A stretch of DNA of 32,479 nt from Octopus sinensis (GCF_006345805.1 NW_021833358.1:1-32479); one strand, 5' to 3'. Positions 1-10,283 are shown, counted from the stretch's first letter. The notes: generated from the sequence alone by a model not told the origin. Numbers and translations: made by a program.

Positions 1-93
1 CTCAAAGCTATAAGGTAATGCATGATTAATTCAAAACAATTTGAGTGAAAAAATATTGCATTTAACAGAGTAATCTGAACACTAAAGGGTTAA
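1..93. mobile_element. Right end of a piggyBac-like (TTAA) MITE, cut by the window edge
   Basis: Ends ...CACTAAAGGG followed by TTAA (90-93); the reverse complement TTAA-CCCTTTAG is a typical piggyBac-type terminus. The other end is not in the window. Confidence 0.4.
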
Positions 94-304
94 AAACTAG
101 TTTTATAGATACTTCTTTCTAAATACCTATTTTCTTTTTCATATGTTTACTTGCATATGCTCGCAATAACACTTTCTAGGAGAACATGTTTCAATGGCCC
201 GGAATATGTCAAACATTGTAAAATGTTAGAGAAAGAAACGTGACTGTTTCTTGCAAATAAGTACATCTAAAGAAAAATTTTTTCATGAACCTTTAAAATA
301 CTAT

Positions 305-379
305 TGTGGATCCCCAGTTTACTATTTTGCTCACGTGGACCACCGAAAATCTTATATGGACCCTGGTTCAGAACCACTG
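305..379 (-). mobile_element. hAT-like MITE terminus fragment
   Basis: Minus strand begins CAGTGGTTCTGAACCAGGGTCC, a hAT-type CAG terminus. Similar ends occur near 21035-21060 and 21806-21821. Confidence 0.35.
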
Positions 380-806
380 ATTTAGACGATTATGCTAACC
401 CTTGCACCATAGCAACCAGGAATCATTTCCACTCAAATTAGAACCTGTAGAATGTCAGAACTTCTTGTACATTGCTAATCGTAGTCGATTAGGTAACACA
501 TCCAAGAAATCTGAAGTATCCTCCACATCTTATGATATAAGAATAATTTCTCGTAATAAACTAACCGAAAGCTAAACGAGCCAACGGCATGTGGGTGGGT
601 AGGTGGAAGGGAGCCATGTGATGGTTCGATCAGCTAGAAATAGCAGCTAAATTTCTCTTAACTAACACCCTATTGTTTTAAAAGATGATATCTTGGTTTA
701 TATTGGACAATGAAAAAAAAAAAAGGGTATCGGAGGGGCGATGTATACTCTGTGTGCAGATAAATTTTGTCGCGAATTATAGTGTGGCTTACAACGCGTT
801 GCTTAC

Positions 807-850
807 CCATGCTTTTTCATTGAACTGAATTAAGCTTTGTAAGTGTTTGA
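807..850 (-). CDS. Candidate 44-nt internal exon, (x)KHLQSLIQFNEKAW, unknown product
   Basis: Minus-strand acceptor ttctaatcctcttttAG and donor TGG|GTAAGC; exactly one open frame. No homology recognised. Confidence 0.25.
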
Positions 851-877
851 CTAAAAGAGGATTAGAAGCATAATAAC

Positions 878-986
878 TGAAATTAAGAAATCAACTCGTA
901 AATAAACAAAACTCTCGAATCCATCACTGTACACACACACATACAAACACACATGCACGCGCGCGCACACACAGTCGCATATCTAT
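878..986 (+). repeat. Copy 1 of a locally duplicated unit (copy 2 at 1283-1435)
   Basis: TGAAATTAAGAAATCAA.TCGTAAATAAAC...CTCGAATC.ATCACTGTAC-[microsatellite]-AGTCGCATATCTAT is present in both copies. Confidence 0.8.
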
Positions 987-1269
987 ATATCTATTTATGT
1001 ATTATGTATGTATGTACCCACACGTGTCTACGCGCATAGATAAACGATCATCTATACACAAGCAGACGAGGGTCGATTCATATGAAAAAAGTGAACAAAA
1101 TGAAATACTTATAGAAAATATTGTATAGCAACGTCTTTCAATGATGGCAGGTGAATCAAACGTACTGTAGTTCAATGTAGGAGATAAATAATACGATCAC
1201 TTGTTGATCGGGAAATTTGTAAGTTCGATTAAAAATTTTTTTTTTTTTTGAAGTATCACCATTATAGGT

Positions 1270-1342
1270 ATTTATACTCCGGTGAAATTAAGAAATCAAG
1301 TCGTAAATAAACGGAACCCTCGAATCTATCACTGTACGCACA

Positions 1343-1414
<72 letters not shown>

Positions 1415-1630
1415 CACACAGAGTCGCATATCTATGTATGCATTTTTGTAAGCTTGAAGATAATCAAACCAAATTTTCATCATTTCGAGTCACTCACCCA
1501 ATGAGTATTTGTGCCAAATTTGGTGAGAATCCGTTCAACCGTTTTCCAGTCATTTTGCAAACACACAGACAAACAAACCAAGACATGTGATCATAATACC
1601 CCGCTTTCACTTACGCACGCAGGGTAATAA
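1270..1630 (+). mobile_element. Helentron-associated (HINE/DINE-1-like) non-autonomous element, partial
   Basis: Internal (GCAC)n, then GTGCCAAATTTGGTGAGAATCCGTTCAACCG...ACAGACAAAC and a 3' stem-loop ATACCCCGC...GCAGGGTAATAA, resembling DINE-1-type ends. From pattern recall only. Confidence 0.4.
1341..1415 (+). repeat. (CACG)n microsatellite
   Basis: Direct reading; source of the ARTH/CVRA ORFs. Confidence 0.95.
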
Positions 1631-1819
1631 ATTAGGTAAACGACTCAGAAAAGAGACGTGACAACCATGCGCCTGCGCGTGTGTATGCGTTAGCATTATC
1701 CAGTAACAAAATCATGAGCCACAGATGCCAAACGGCGCGGGATCAAATCTGGGCTCTCACGATTGCCAAGCAAACGCATTAGCCCTTTCCGTTATGCTCT
1801 TATACTCGCACCCTTATAT

Positions 1820-1855
<36 letters not shown>

Positions 1856-2088
1856 CATAATAATACAAAGGTAAAATTAATCAATTAATTAATAATTTTA
1901 CCAAGTAGTTCGGTATGTAAAAAGAATCATTATCGGTAAACTTAAACAAAAAATTTTATAATTATGATTATAATTATAATTAGGGTTTGTAAAAATTTCG
2001 GTATGTGGTGAAGCAAATTCTTGCTGAATCTTAATTATAATTATACTCATATTTATAAAATTTCTTACATATATATAATTTATAGATA

Positions 2089-2119
<31 letters not shown>

Positions 2120-2321
2120 GTATATATATATATATATATATATATATACGGATACATACATACATACATACATACATTATTATGTGCGTGTTTCTCGCTT
2201 CTAAAAATACTACATGCGCCACACACACATACATACAATATATAATATATATTATATAATAACATATAAAATATATGTGTATATATATATGGATACATAC
2301 ACACACACACACACACACATA

Positions 2322-2460
2322 TATCTCGCCAGAGGATATTTTTATGAATATGGAAAGACTTCATATATATATATATATATATATATGCGTGTGTGTATGG
2401 GGGGGACATGAGCGTATATGAAGTCTTTCCATATTCATAAAAATATCCTCTGGCGAGATA
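2322..2460. repeat. Perfect 46-bp inverted repeat (arms 2322-2367 and 2415-2460)
   Basis: TATCTCGCCAGAGGATATTTTTATGAATATGGAAAGACTTCATATA and its exact reverse complement, with a 47-nt spacer. Confidence 0.95.
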
Positions 2461-2694
2461 AGACGTAAACAAAGTGAAATAAAAGACAAGAATAAGAAAT
2501 ATATAACGCAAAGAATAAAGAACACAAGCTATTCAGATAACAATGAAGTCATTCTGAAATTATGACAAGTCTGAGATGTCTCAACAGATACCTTGATACA
2601 CGAGACTGTAACACAGAGATACGTATAACAGATATAACATACATATATGTCTGTATGTAAGCATATATGCATTACCATACTTACATAGATACGT

Positions 2695-2798
2695 ATATAC
2701 ATACATACATACATACATACATACATACATACATACATACATACATACATACATACAAAAGCACATACACATATGTGTGTGTGTGTGTGTGTGTGTGT
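2695..2798 (+). repeat. (TACA)n plus (GT)n microsatellites
   Basis: Direct reading. Confidence 0.95.
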
Positions 2799-3370
2799 AT
2801 TCTCTTCTATTTTGAATTATTTGAAATCTTCATGTAAAGAAGGAGCTGGTTTTTAACGAAGATACAAATCGCCATCGTTGGAATGTAGATAATAAAAACA
2901 ATTTCACTCTTTGAACTTGAGAAAAATCTTGCATATTTTTATTATTCCGCTTACAGATTTTATCTATAATGTGCGAGTTAGCAGGTCGATTTCCTTTTCT
3001 GAATCCCCAAATTATTATTCAGATTACCACTTAGCCATTTATTTACAAAAACCAACTGCACCAGTGATTATAGGTGTAAATGTGAATTAATAATCGGAGT
3101 ATAGAAACTGGAAGTTCCGAAGCAGTTATCAACTCTGAATAGGTCAAAGGTAGAGGTGAGCTCGGCTGGATTTGGACTCAGCCTCTTAAGCACCACCAGG
3201 ATTTTCCGAAGCATTCACAGAATTCTCTTGCGGATTCAGCATGACACAATACATAACAAGGCTAATCGTTTGAATTTAGAACAGTATAACTGACGTGCTT
3301 CTATCAAGATTCACTTTCAAAGCTTGGGTCTATCCGAGTTTGTTGTTGAAATACACTTGCTTGTAACACC

Positions 3371-3599
3371 TATTTCTTTACTACCCACAAGGGGCTAAAC
3401 ACAGAGGGGACAAACAAGGACAGACAAACGGATTAAGTCGATTATATCGAACCCAGTGCATAACTGGTATTTATTTAATCGACCCCGAAAGGATGAAAGG
3501 CAAAGTCGACCTCGGCGGAATTTGAACTCAGAACGTAACGGCAGACGAAATACTGCTAAGCATTTCGCCCGGCGAGCTAACGGTTCTGCCAGCTCGACG
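3371..3599 (-). mobile_element. tRNA-derived SINE family A (long tail) with 16-bp TSD
   Basis: A-box-like CTGGCAGAA, B-box-like GAGTTCAAATTCC, core CCTTTCGGGGTCGATTAAATAAATACCAG, tail ...GGGTAGTAAAGAAATA. TSD ACTTGCTTRTAAYACC at 3355-3370 and 3600-3615 (2 mismatches). Confidence 0.92.
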
Positions 3600-3794
3600 A
3601 CTTGCTTATAATACCACGTTGCGAGATCGATCCCAAAACATAATGATTGTGAAGTGATATTCTTAATCAATTGACTATTCCATTATGTGAGTGTGTGTTC
3701 ACCGCAGGCATACATTAACGCATATGTACATGTATTTCTTTGTATAGTTTGATAAGATATTTATCTATTTATGAACATCAAAAGGATCAAGGGT

Positions 3795-4025
3795 CTCTCC
3801 TAAGCCATAGGATAATAAGGTTGTTTCCTGGATTCTGTGGTTTATGCATTGGACGGGATGCTATTCCGCCACAAGATTACTCATTTTCGCCAGCTGAGTT
3901 AACTTGAGTATCATGAATTGAAGTGTTTTGCTCAAGAACACAACGCATCGCCCTACCCATGTATCGAAACCACATTCATACAATCGTGAGTTCAAAACCC
4001 TAACCACAATGCTACACACCTCCAC
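3795..4025 (-). mobile_element. Degenerate tRNA-derived SINE (family D)
   Basis: Minus strand shows a tRNA-like head (GTGGTTAGGG...GGTTTCGATAC) followed by GTTCTTGAGCAAAACACTT and CTCAGCTGGCGAAAATGAGTA core-like motifs. Confidence 0.6.
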
Positions 4026-4214
4026 CTTTAATCGTGTTCCCACGTATATTCTTATGCAGGCTTAATCCAATTTTCTGGATACACTTAAATGTAATTACAC
4101 CTAATACATTGTTTTGAAGAAAGAACAAAATCTAACAAAACAAATTATGTGTTTATACATATCTATGAGCGTCACTGTGTGTATGTATGTATGTAAATAT
4201 ATATATATATGTAT

Positions 4215-4829
4215 CTACATACGTACATAATACATACATACATACATACATACGTACGTACATACATACATACATAAATACATATATACATACATACATA
4301 CGTACATACATACATACGTACATACATACCTACCTACCTACCCACATAAATACATACATACATACATACATACATATACATACATGCATACATATATGCA
4401 TACATACATACATACATACACATACATACACACACATACATACACATACGTACATGCATACATACATACATACATACATACATACACATACATACATACA
4501 TGCATACATACATACACACACATACATACACATACGTACATACATACATATATACATACATACATACACACACATACATACGTACATACATACATACATA
4601 CACACACACATACATACATACATACATACATACATACGAACATACATACATAATACATACATACACACATACATACACACATACATACATACATACATAC
4701 ATACACATACATACATACATACATACATACATACATACACACATACATACATACCTACTACATACCATATACATACATACATACATACATAGATACATAC
4801 ATACATACATACATACATACATACATACA

Positions 4830-4858
<29 letters not shown>
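4215..4858 (+). repeat. Long imperfect (TACA)n/(CA)n microsatellite
   Basis: Direct reading; source of the HTYI/MYVC ORFs. Confidence 0.97.
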
Positions 4859-4860
<2 letters not shown>

Positions 4861-4971
4861 GACAAGGTTAGGATATGCCTATGAAGAAGAAAAAAGAAGA
4901 GGATTGTTAACAAACAAATGACAAACTTTTGACAAATAACATATTTCCAAACATATATTTCATATTTACAG

Positions 4972-5017
4972 AAATGTTGAGATTCCAGCAGTTTACATCT
5001 CATTGAACGCATTGATG
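4972..5017 (+). CDS. Candidate 46-nt exon, NVEIPAVYISLNALM, unknown product
   Basis: Acceptor atttcatatttacAG, donor ATG|GTAAAA, open frame with ordinary composition. No homology recognised. Confidence 0.2.
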
Positions 5018-5164
5018 GTAAAAATACATCCTGTACGTTTAAGCCATTATCGCACATTCTTTATAATCTAATGGCATTTTAGGCCAATTTAGCAATTTAG
5101 CTGCGGATAATATAGCTCCATTCTCAAATAACATAAACAAATAGCTTAACGATATAGACAGTAA

Positions 5165-5212
5165 TACACACACACACACACACACACACACGCACGCACT
5201 GGCGCAAACACA

Positions 5213-5266
<54 letters not shown>

Positions 5267-5594
5267 TACACACACACACATAAACACACACACACATATA
5301 CATAAACACACAAACACACACACATACACGCATACATACACACATATATATATATATGCATAAACACGCATATATATCTACATACATACACACAAAAATA
5401 TATATATATACACACACACACACATACACACACATATATACATACACGCACATTTATATCTACATGCATACACACATATATATGCATAAACACACATATA
5501 TATCTACATTCATACACACAAAATATACACACACACTCACACACACACACACACACACATATATACATACACGCACATATATATCTACATGCAT

Positions 5595-5651
<57 letters not shown>

Positions 5652-5865
5652 CACACAATATATATATATATGTCCACACGCACACACACACATATACATA
5701 CACACACACATATATACATACGCGCACATATATATATCTACATGCATACACACACACATATATATATGCATAAACACGCATATATATCTATATACATACA
5801 CACAAAAATATATATATCCACACACACACACGCATACATACATACACACACAAATATACACAATG
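5165..5865 (+). repeat. Compound (CA)n/(TA)n array with a higher-order unit of about 120-150 bp
   Basis: The block ATATATGCATAAACAC(G/A)CATATATATCTA...CACACAAAA recurs near 5350, 5480 and 5760. Confidence 0.85.
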
Positions 5866-6095
5866 TATAGAGATATTTATATACAAACACAAGGACGATC
5901 CTGTTCTCCATCGCTTTTGTTTATGGTGGGGAGTTCTGTTATTGCTTCGTGCAGCTGTGCTACAGAGTACCGAATAGCTTCAACCTTGAGCACTCTTGAC
6001 CCCGTCCATCAACCACGTCTCCTCATCCCTGCCACTTCAGTGAATACAAAAAAACCCAAAACAATTGCAGTCAACACCCGCACAAAATATATGTA

Positions 6096-6185
6096 GGCGC
6101 ATGTACGCTGCGTAGTTAAGTGTTTCGCTTCGTGACCACGCGGTTTCGGTTTCAATCCGTCACAATGTGCGGTATCTTGGTCAAA
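6096..6185 (+). mobile_element. SINE family B, 5' part (interrupted by SINE-A)
   Basis: GGCGCATG...GTAGTTAAG...CCACGCGGTTTCGGTTTCAATCC tRNA-like head; the element resumes at 6421. Confidence 0.75.
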
Positions 6186-6420
6186 GAGAAGGCGGCGAGC
6201 TGGCAGAAACGTTAGCACGCCGGGCGAAATGCGTAGCCGTATTTCGTCTGCCGCTACGTTCTGAGTTCAAGTTCCGCCAAGGCCGACTTTGCCTTTCATC
6301 CTTTCGGGGTCGATTAAATAGGTACCAGTTACGCACTGGGGTCGATGTAATCGACTTAATCCGTTTGTCTGTCCTTGTTTATCCCCTCTGTGTTTAGCCC
6401 CTTGTGGGTAGTAAAGAAAA
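6186..6420 (+). mobile_element. SINE family A nested in SINE-B with a perfect 15-bp TSD
   Basis: Full head (GGCGGCGAGCTGGCAG at 6191), core and tail. GGTATCTTGGTCAAA at 6171-6185 and 6421-6435. Confidence 0.95.
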
Positions 6421-6488
6421 GGTATCTTGGTCAAATATGTTCTACTATAGTTCCGGGCTGACCAATGCCCTCGGTTTGAAATTGGTAA
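6421..6488 (+). mobile_element. SINE family B, continuation
   Basis: TTCTACTATAGTTCCGGGCTGACCAATGCC matches the B motif TTCTACTATAGCCTCGGGTCGACCAAAGCC of other copies in the window. Confidence 0.75.
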
Positions 6489-6806
6489 AGCACGTCATTT
6501 ACACGAACACACACACACACGCGCGCGCGCGCACACACACACATCTTACACACAACTCACACATGTACACACTCAATGTATACGTACAATACACACATGC
6601 ACACACACATATTTCTTTTTTGCATTTTGATAGAAAGATTCTTGATGTAAATTCATGTATTGAACTAAATTTTGTTGTGTCTTGGCAGGGGTGGGGGTCA
6701 TTATGCCAGTAATAAGCACACGTACAGGTTCAATTTCACTTCTTCTTCATCATCATTATTATTTGTCAGTTGGTTAGTTATTAACCAATCAACTGTATAT
6801 AATATA

Positions 6807-6838
<32 letters not shown>

Positions 6839-6852
6839 ATATATATATATAT

Positions 6853-7036
6853 AAAGGAAAGTTTTCGAAAATAAACAAAAGAAGAAGGCAGGTGGAGTAC
6901 AAACAAACAAATATAGTATAGCGCTCAGGAATAGAAATAGAAAAAGTCTTTTACGTTTCGAGCCTACGCTCTTCGACAGAAAGATACACAGAAAAAAACA
7001 AGGAGAGAAAAAAATGCGTGTAGGAGCTAACGATCT
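6853..7036 (-). mobile_element. Short (TA)n-flanked element with a minimal hammerhead-like motif (Penelope/retrozyme-like), copy 1
   Basis: Homologous along its length to 23178-23390 and flanked by (TA)n. Minus strand 6984-6947 reads UCUUU CUGUCGA A GAGC GUAG GCUC GAAA CG UA AAAGA. Confidence 0.7.
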
Positions 7037-7039
7037 ATC

Positions 7040-7073
<34 letters not shown>

Positions 7074-7504
7074 ATACTCATATGTACATATTGAAATAGA
7101 AAATTGGAAAATGTTTTGGTATTATTTATTCCATATTTCATATGTTTCTTTGCAATTAGGAATTACAAGGGTATACATGAAGGAAAATATTTATTAGTAA
7201 TTCATCAGACCGAGAATTAAAACAATTATTTTAATTATTGGTTTGATGACAACTATTTAAACCTTATTTGAAATGAAACATGTAATACGGAATAAATAAT
7301 ACCAAAAACATTCCAGTTTTCTGCTTTAATACGTAATTACTCGGCAATAAATATTTTTCAGTATTTAACAGTATTCTCCAGTATTTTCGATTCTCATATA
7401 TATATTATAACATCTACAAATATACTTTGGAAGACTGGAGTATGCAGATGTGCTTCATGAGGACACAGCTTGGAATATAACACTATCTACGTACTATATA
7501 TATA

Positions 7505-8081
7505 TGGTCACCGTTTGTAAGACACGCTTTTCCACAGCTCGTCTCTTTGACTGAGTTGCAATCCTGGATTAGGCGTAGACCGAGGATGGGCGTTTGGCAC
7601 TTCGAGTGCCGTCAAGCGCTCACAGTCCTCCGCCAGGCGGGTAATGTGGTCGGTGGTAGTTCTACTCTAGCGTCTATAGAGGGGTAGTGGAGGGAAAGTG
7701 CGACGACATTCTAGGGGAAACTCTGGGCGTTGATGAGGATCAACTAACCGGTCTGTTTCGGAGAACTTTCGGGCCTGGTCCCATGGATAACTTCTAGAAA
7801 TTCCTTGCCTGGCAGTGTTACTGAGGGGCGCTGCCTGTTCGAGATAAACTTTACAGGCACGGAAGTACCGTCAGCCGGGCCTGCTCGAGGTGCATCCAGA
7901 ACGATGAAACCGTTCTGCACGCCCTAGTCCAGTGCCCGAGTATTCTGACCAGTGGGTTTATGTCGAACACTTGCTGTTGCGTGTAGGACGGATCAGGCTA
8001 TCAGCTGAATCCATTGTGAAGATTGCCCCGCCGCCCTCTTTTAGTTAGGAGGCGAAGGCAATTTTTATTTGTCTAGTGGCT
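7505..8081 (+). pseudogene. L1/Tx1-clade non-LTR retrotransposon ORF2 fragment (C-terminal zf-RVT region), decayed
   Basis: Translates ...GPGPMDNF*KFLAWQCY*GALPVRDKLYRHGSTVSRACSRCIQNDETVLHALVQCPSI, with the CxxC...ETxxHxLxxC zinc-binding motif; contains stops and frameshifts. Confidence 0.85.
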
Positions 8082-8432
8082 TTCCTGCGTATCACGCGTG
8101 ACACAGGGTATATTATCCTGGCGTCTAAGCATTCTATATGATACACATTCACAATTTTTTTCACCCACCAGAATAACATGGGAGTTATGAAAGGAAAACT
8201 AACTAAAAACCTGAAAGGAAGCATGGAGGTTTAGGACAAACTGCTGAAAATGCTTTGGGCCGGCAAATGGTTAAGAGGGTATGATGCAATTTTAGGAAAA
8301 TTTGGTGGCGATTTCTAGCATAAAAATCACGTGTACGAATGTATAATTTTTAACAGTGTGTATATGTGTGTTTATGTAGGCGGTAGCTATATTTACAAAC
8401 CCATATATAAATATTTTTGCAGCTAACCTCAC

Positions 8433-8541
8433 ACGTAGCCGACTGCACTCATCAGTAGTGCTATCATATAAATATTTATGAATGGAGACGTCTCGATCTA
8501 CAACAGATTTTAGGAAACCCTTGGGTAATGTTTTTGTTATC
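8433..8541 (-). CDS. Candidate 109-nt exon, ITKTLPKGFLKSVVDRDVSIHKYLYDSTTDECSRLR
   Basis: Minus-strand acceptor gattcgtgcttAG, donor CGT|GTGAGG, open frame. No homology recognised. Confidence 0.18.
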
Positions 8542-8788
8542 CTAAGCACGAATCACACACATTCATGCACACACATACACACACACATATCCATTCACAT
8601 ACATATACAAACATTATATAGATACATATCATATATATGCACGTAAGTAGAACTGTTATGGAATATATTTTTATTATTTAAATGTAAAACCACAAAAGTG
8701 AAACAAGGACCAAGATTTTGATCCACTGAGCTTATTAAACCTGTTACCTAAACGGACTAGAATTCTACAACTCGACATATATATGTGT

Positions 8789-8826
<38 letters not shown>

Positions 8827-8881
8827 TGTGTGTATTGTTGTTGACGTTGTTGTTGTTCTTCTTCTTGATGTTGGTGTTGTA

Positions 8882-9045
8882 GCGGCGAGCTAGCAGAATC
8901 CTTAGCACACCGAAAAAATGCTTAGCGGCATTTCATCTGTCCACCAAGGTCAACACTGCTTTTCACGTTTTTTGGGTCGATAAAATGCTGTAAGTACCAG
9001 TTAAGCCTGGGGTCAATCTTATCGTCGAACCCCTGCACTCAAAAT
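8882..9045 (+). mobile_element. SINE family A, degenerate and internally deleted
   Basis: GCGGCGAGCTAGCAGAATCCTTAGCAC head and GGGTCGATAAAA...AAGTACCAG core. Confidence 0.8.
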
Positions 9046-9072
9046 TATATGTATATATATATATATATATAC

Positions 9073-9179
<107 letters not shown>

Positions 9180-9857
9180 TGGCTCGTAGATAAAATTAGT
9201 AAGGGTGCTGCTTCAGGAAAATTTTAGCCGTTGTTTTCATTTGTGTAAAAGGAAACAAACATTTAAAAAGAAAAGTTATACATAAACTTGATCGGTTCGC
9301 GCTTTAGCCACTGCCGCGTAGTGCGTTTAATTTGTTCACCGAACAACGCCGCGAATTCACCCTTGTTTTTCAAAAATCTCCCTTAAATCACAAAATAAAT
9401 GGGATGGGAAGAAATGTGCCCTATTTTTCAAATCCTGGCAGTAATATTGAAGCTGGAAGCAGGATAATAATCTAATTCTACATTTTATCACATTCAAGAA
9501 TTTAAACACGTTTTTAAACACGACACACGTGGTGTCACTACCTTTCACCCAGTACTGTCGCTCACGCATTGCTCTCTCTCCCTTGTGGGAAGCTTCCTAT
9601 TTCGAACATATTGTGAGCATGCGCACAACTGCCAAACACCGTGTCGCTGGAACTGTGAAGGATTTTTGTATTTTTTTCATAAACTAGGGTATGGCCGTTG
9701 ACATTAAGCTTACGGATTATATAATGTCCTAGTATAAAGAAAGAATTAAAGAAAAAAGGACTCATTATATTGAATGCTACCGATAATACAGAGTGGAAAT
9801 ATGGGGTGATGCAGTTCCACAGTTCCTATACATGAGCCGCCAGTGATACATACATAT

Positions 9858-9903
<46 letters not shown>

Positions 9904-9925
9904 ATACACACACAGACATATATAT

Positions 9926-10125
9926 GAAGTTGAAATTTACAGAAAAACAAAATATGAAGACAAGTGCATAAACAACGAGCACGTGAATTAGTTTGACGCT
10001 CGGTAAGGTGAGAAAGTCTTTTACATTTCGAGCCTACGCTCTTCAGCAGAAAGGAACACAAGAAATAAACAGAGAGAGAATTAAAAAAAAAACAACTTAT
10101 GAATTTAGCGATCAATCATGGCGGC
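9926..10125 (-). mobile_element. Divergent relative of the hammerhead-like element, copy 2
   Basis: Shares mainly the AAAGTCTTTTAC.TTTCGAGCCTACGCTCTTC..CAGAAAG block (about 10013-10053) and an end motif (TAGCGATCAATCATGGCG) with the other copies. Confidence 0.6.
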
Positions 10126-10163
10126 TCTGTCTCTGTCTGTCTGTTCTCTCTTTCCTCTCTCTC

Positions 10164-10201
<38 letters not shown>

Positions 10202-10240
10202 CTATATGATGATTGCATAATAGTGGTTTGTCTCTAACTA

Positions 10241-10283
<43 letters not shown>

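Noticed and set aside
4187-5870. Long ORFs of 170-246 aa (HTYI/MYVC/CV repeats)
   Set aside because: They are translations of (TACA)n, (CA)n and (TA)n microsatellites, which lack stop codons in most frames.
5890-6090. GC-richer island with QGRSCSPSLLF (RT-like) on plus and an open frame on minus
   Set aside because: Only loose similarity to the QGxPLSPLLF motif, no downstream YADD, and no convincing donor for the minus frame.
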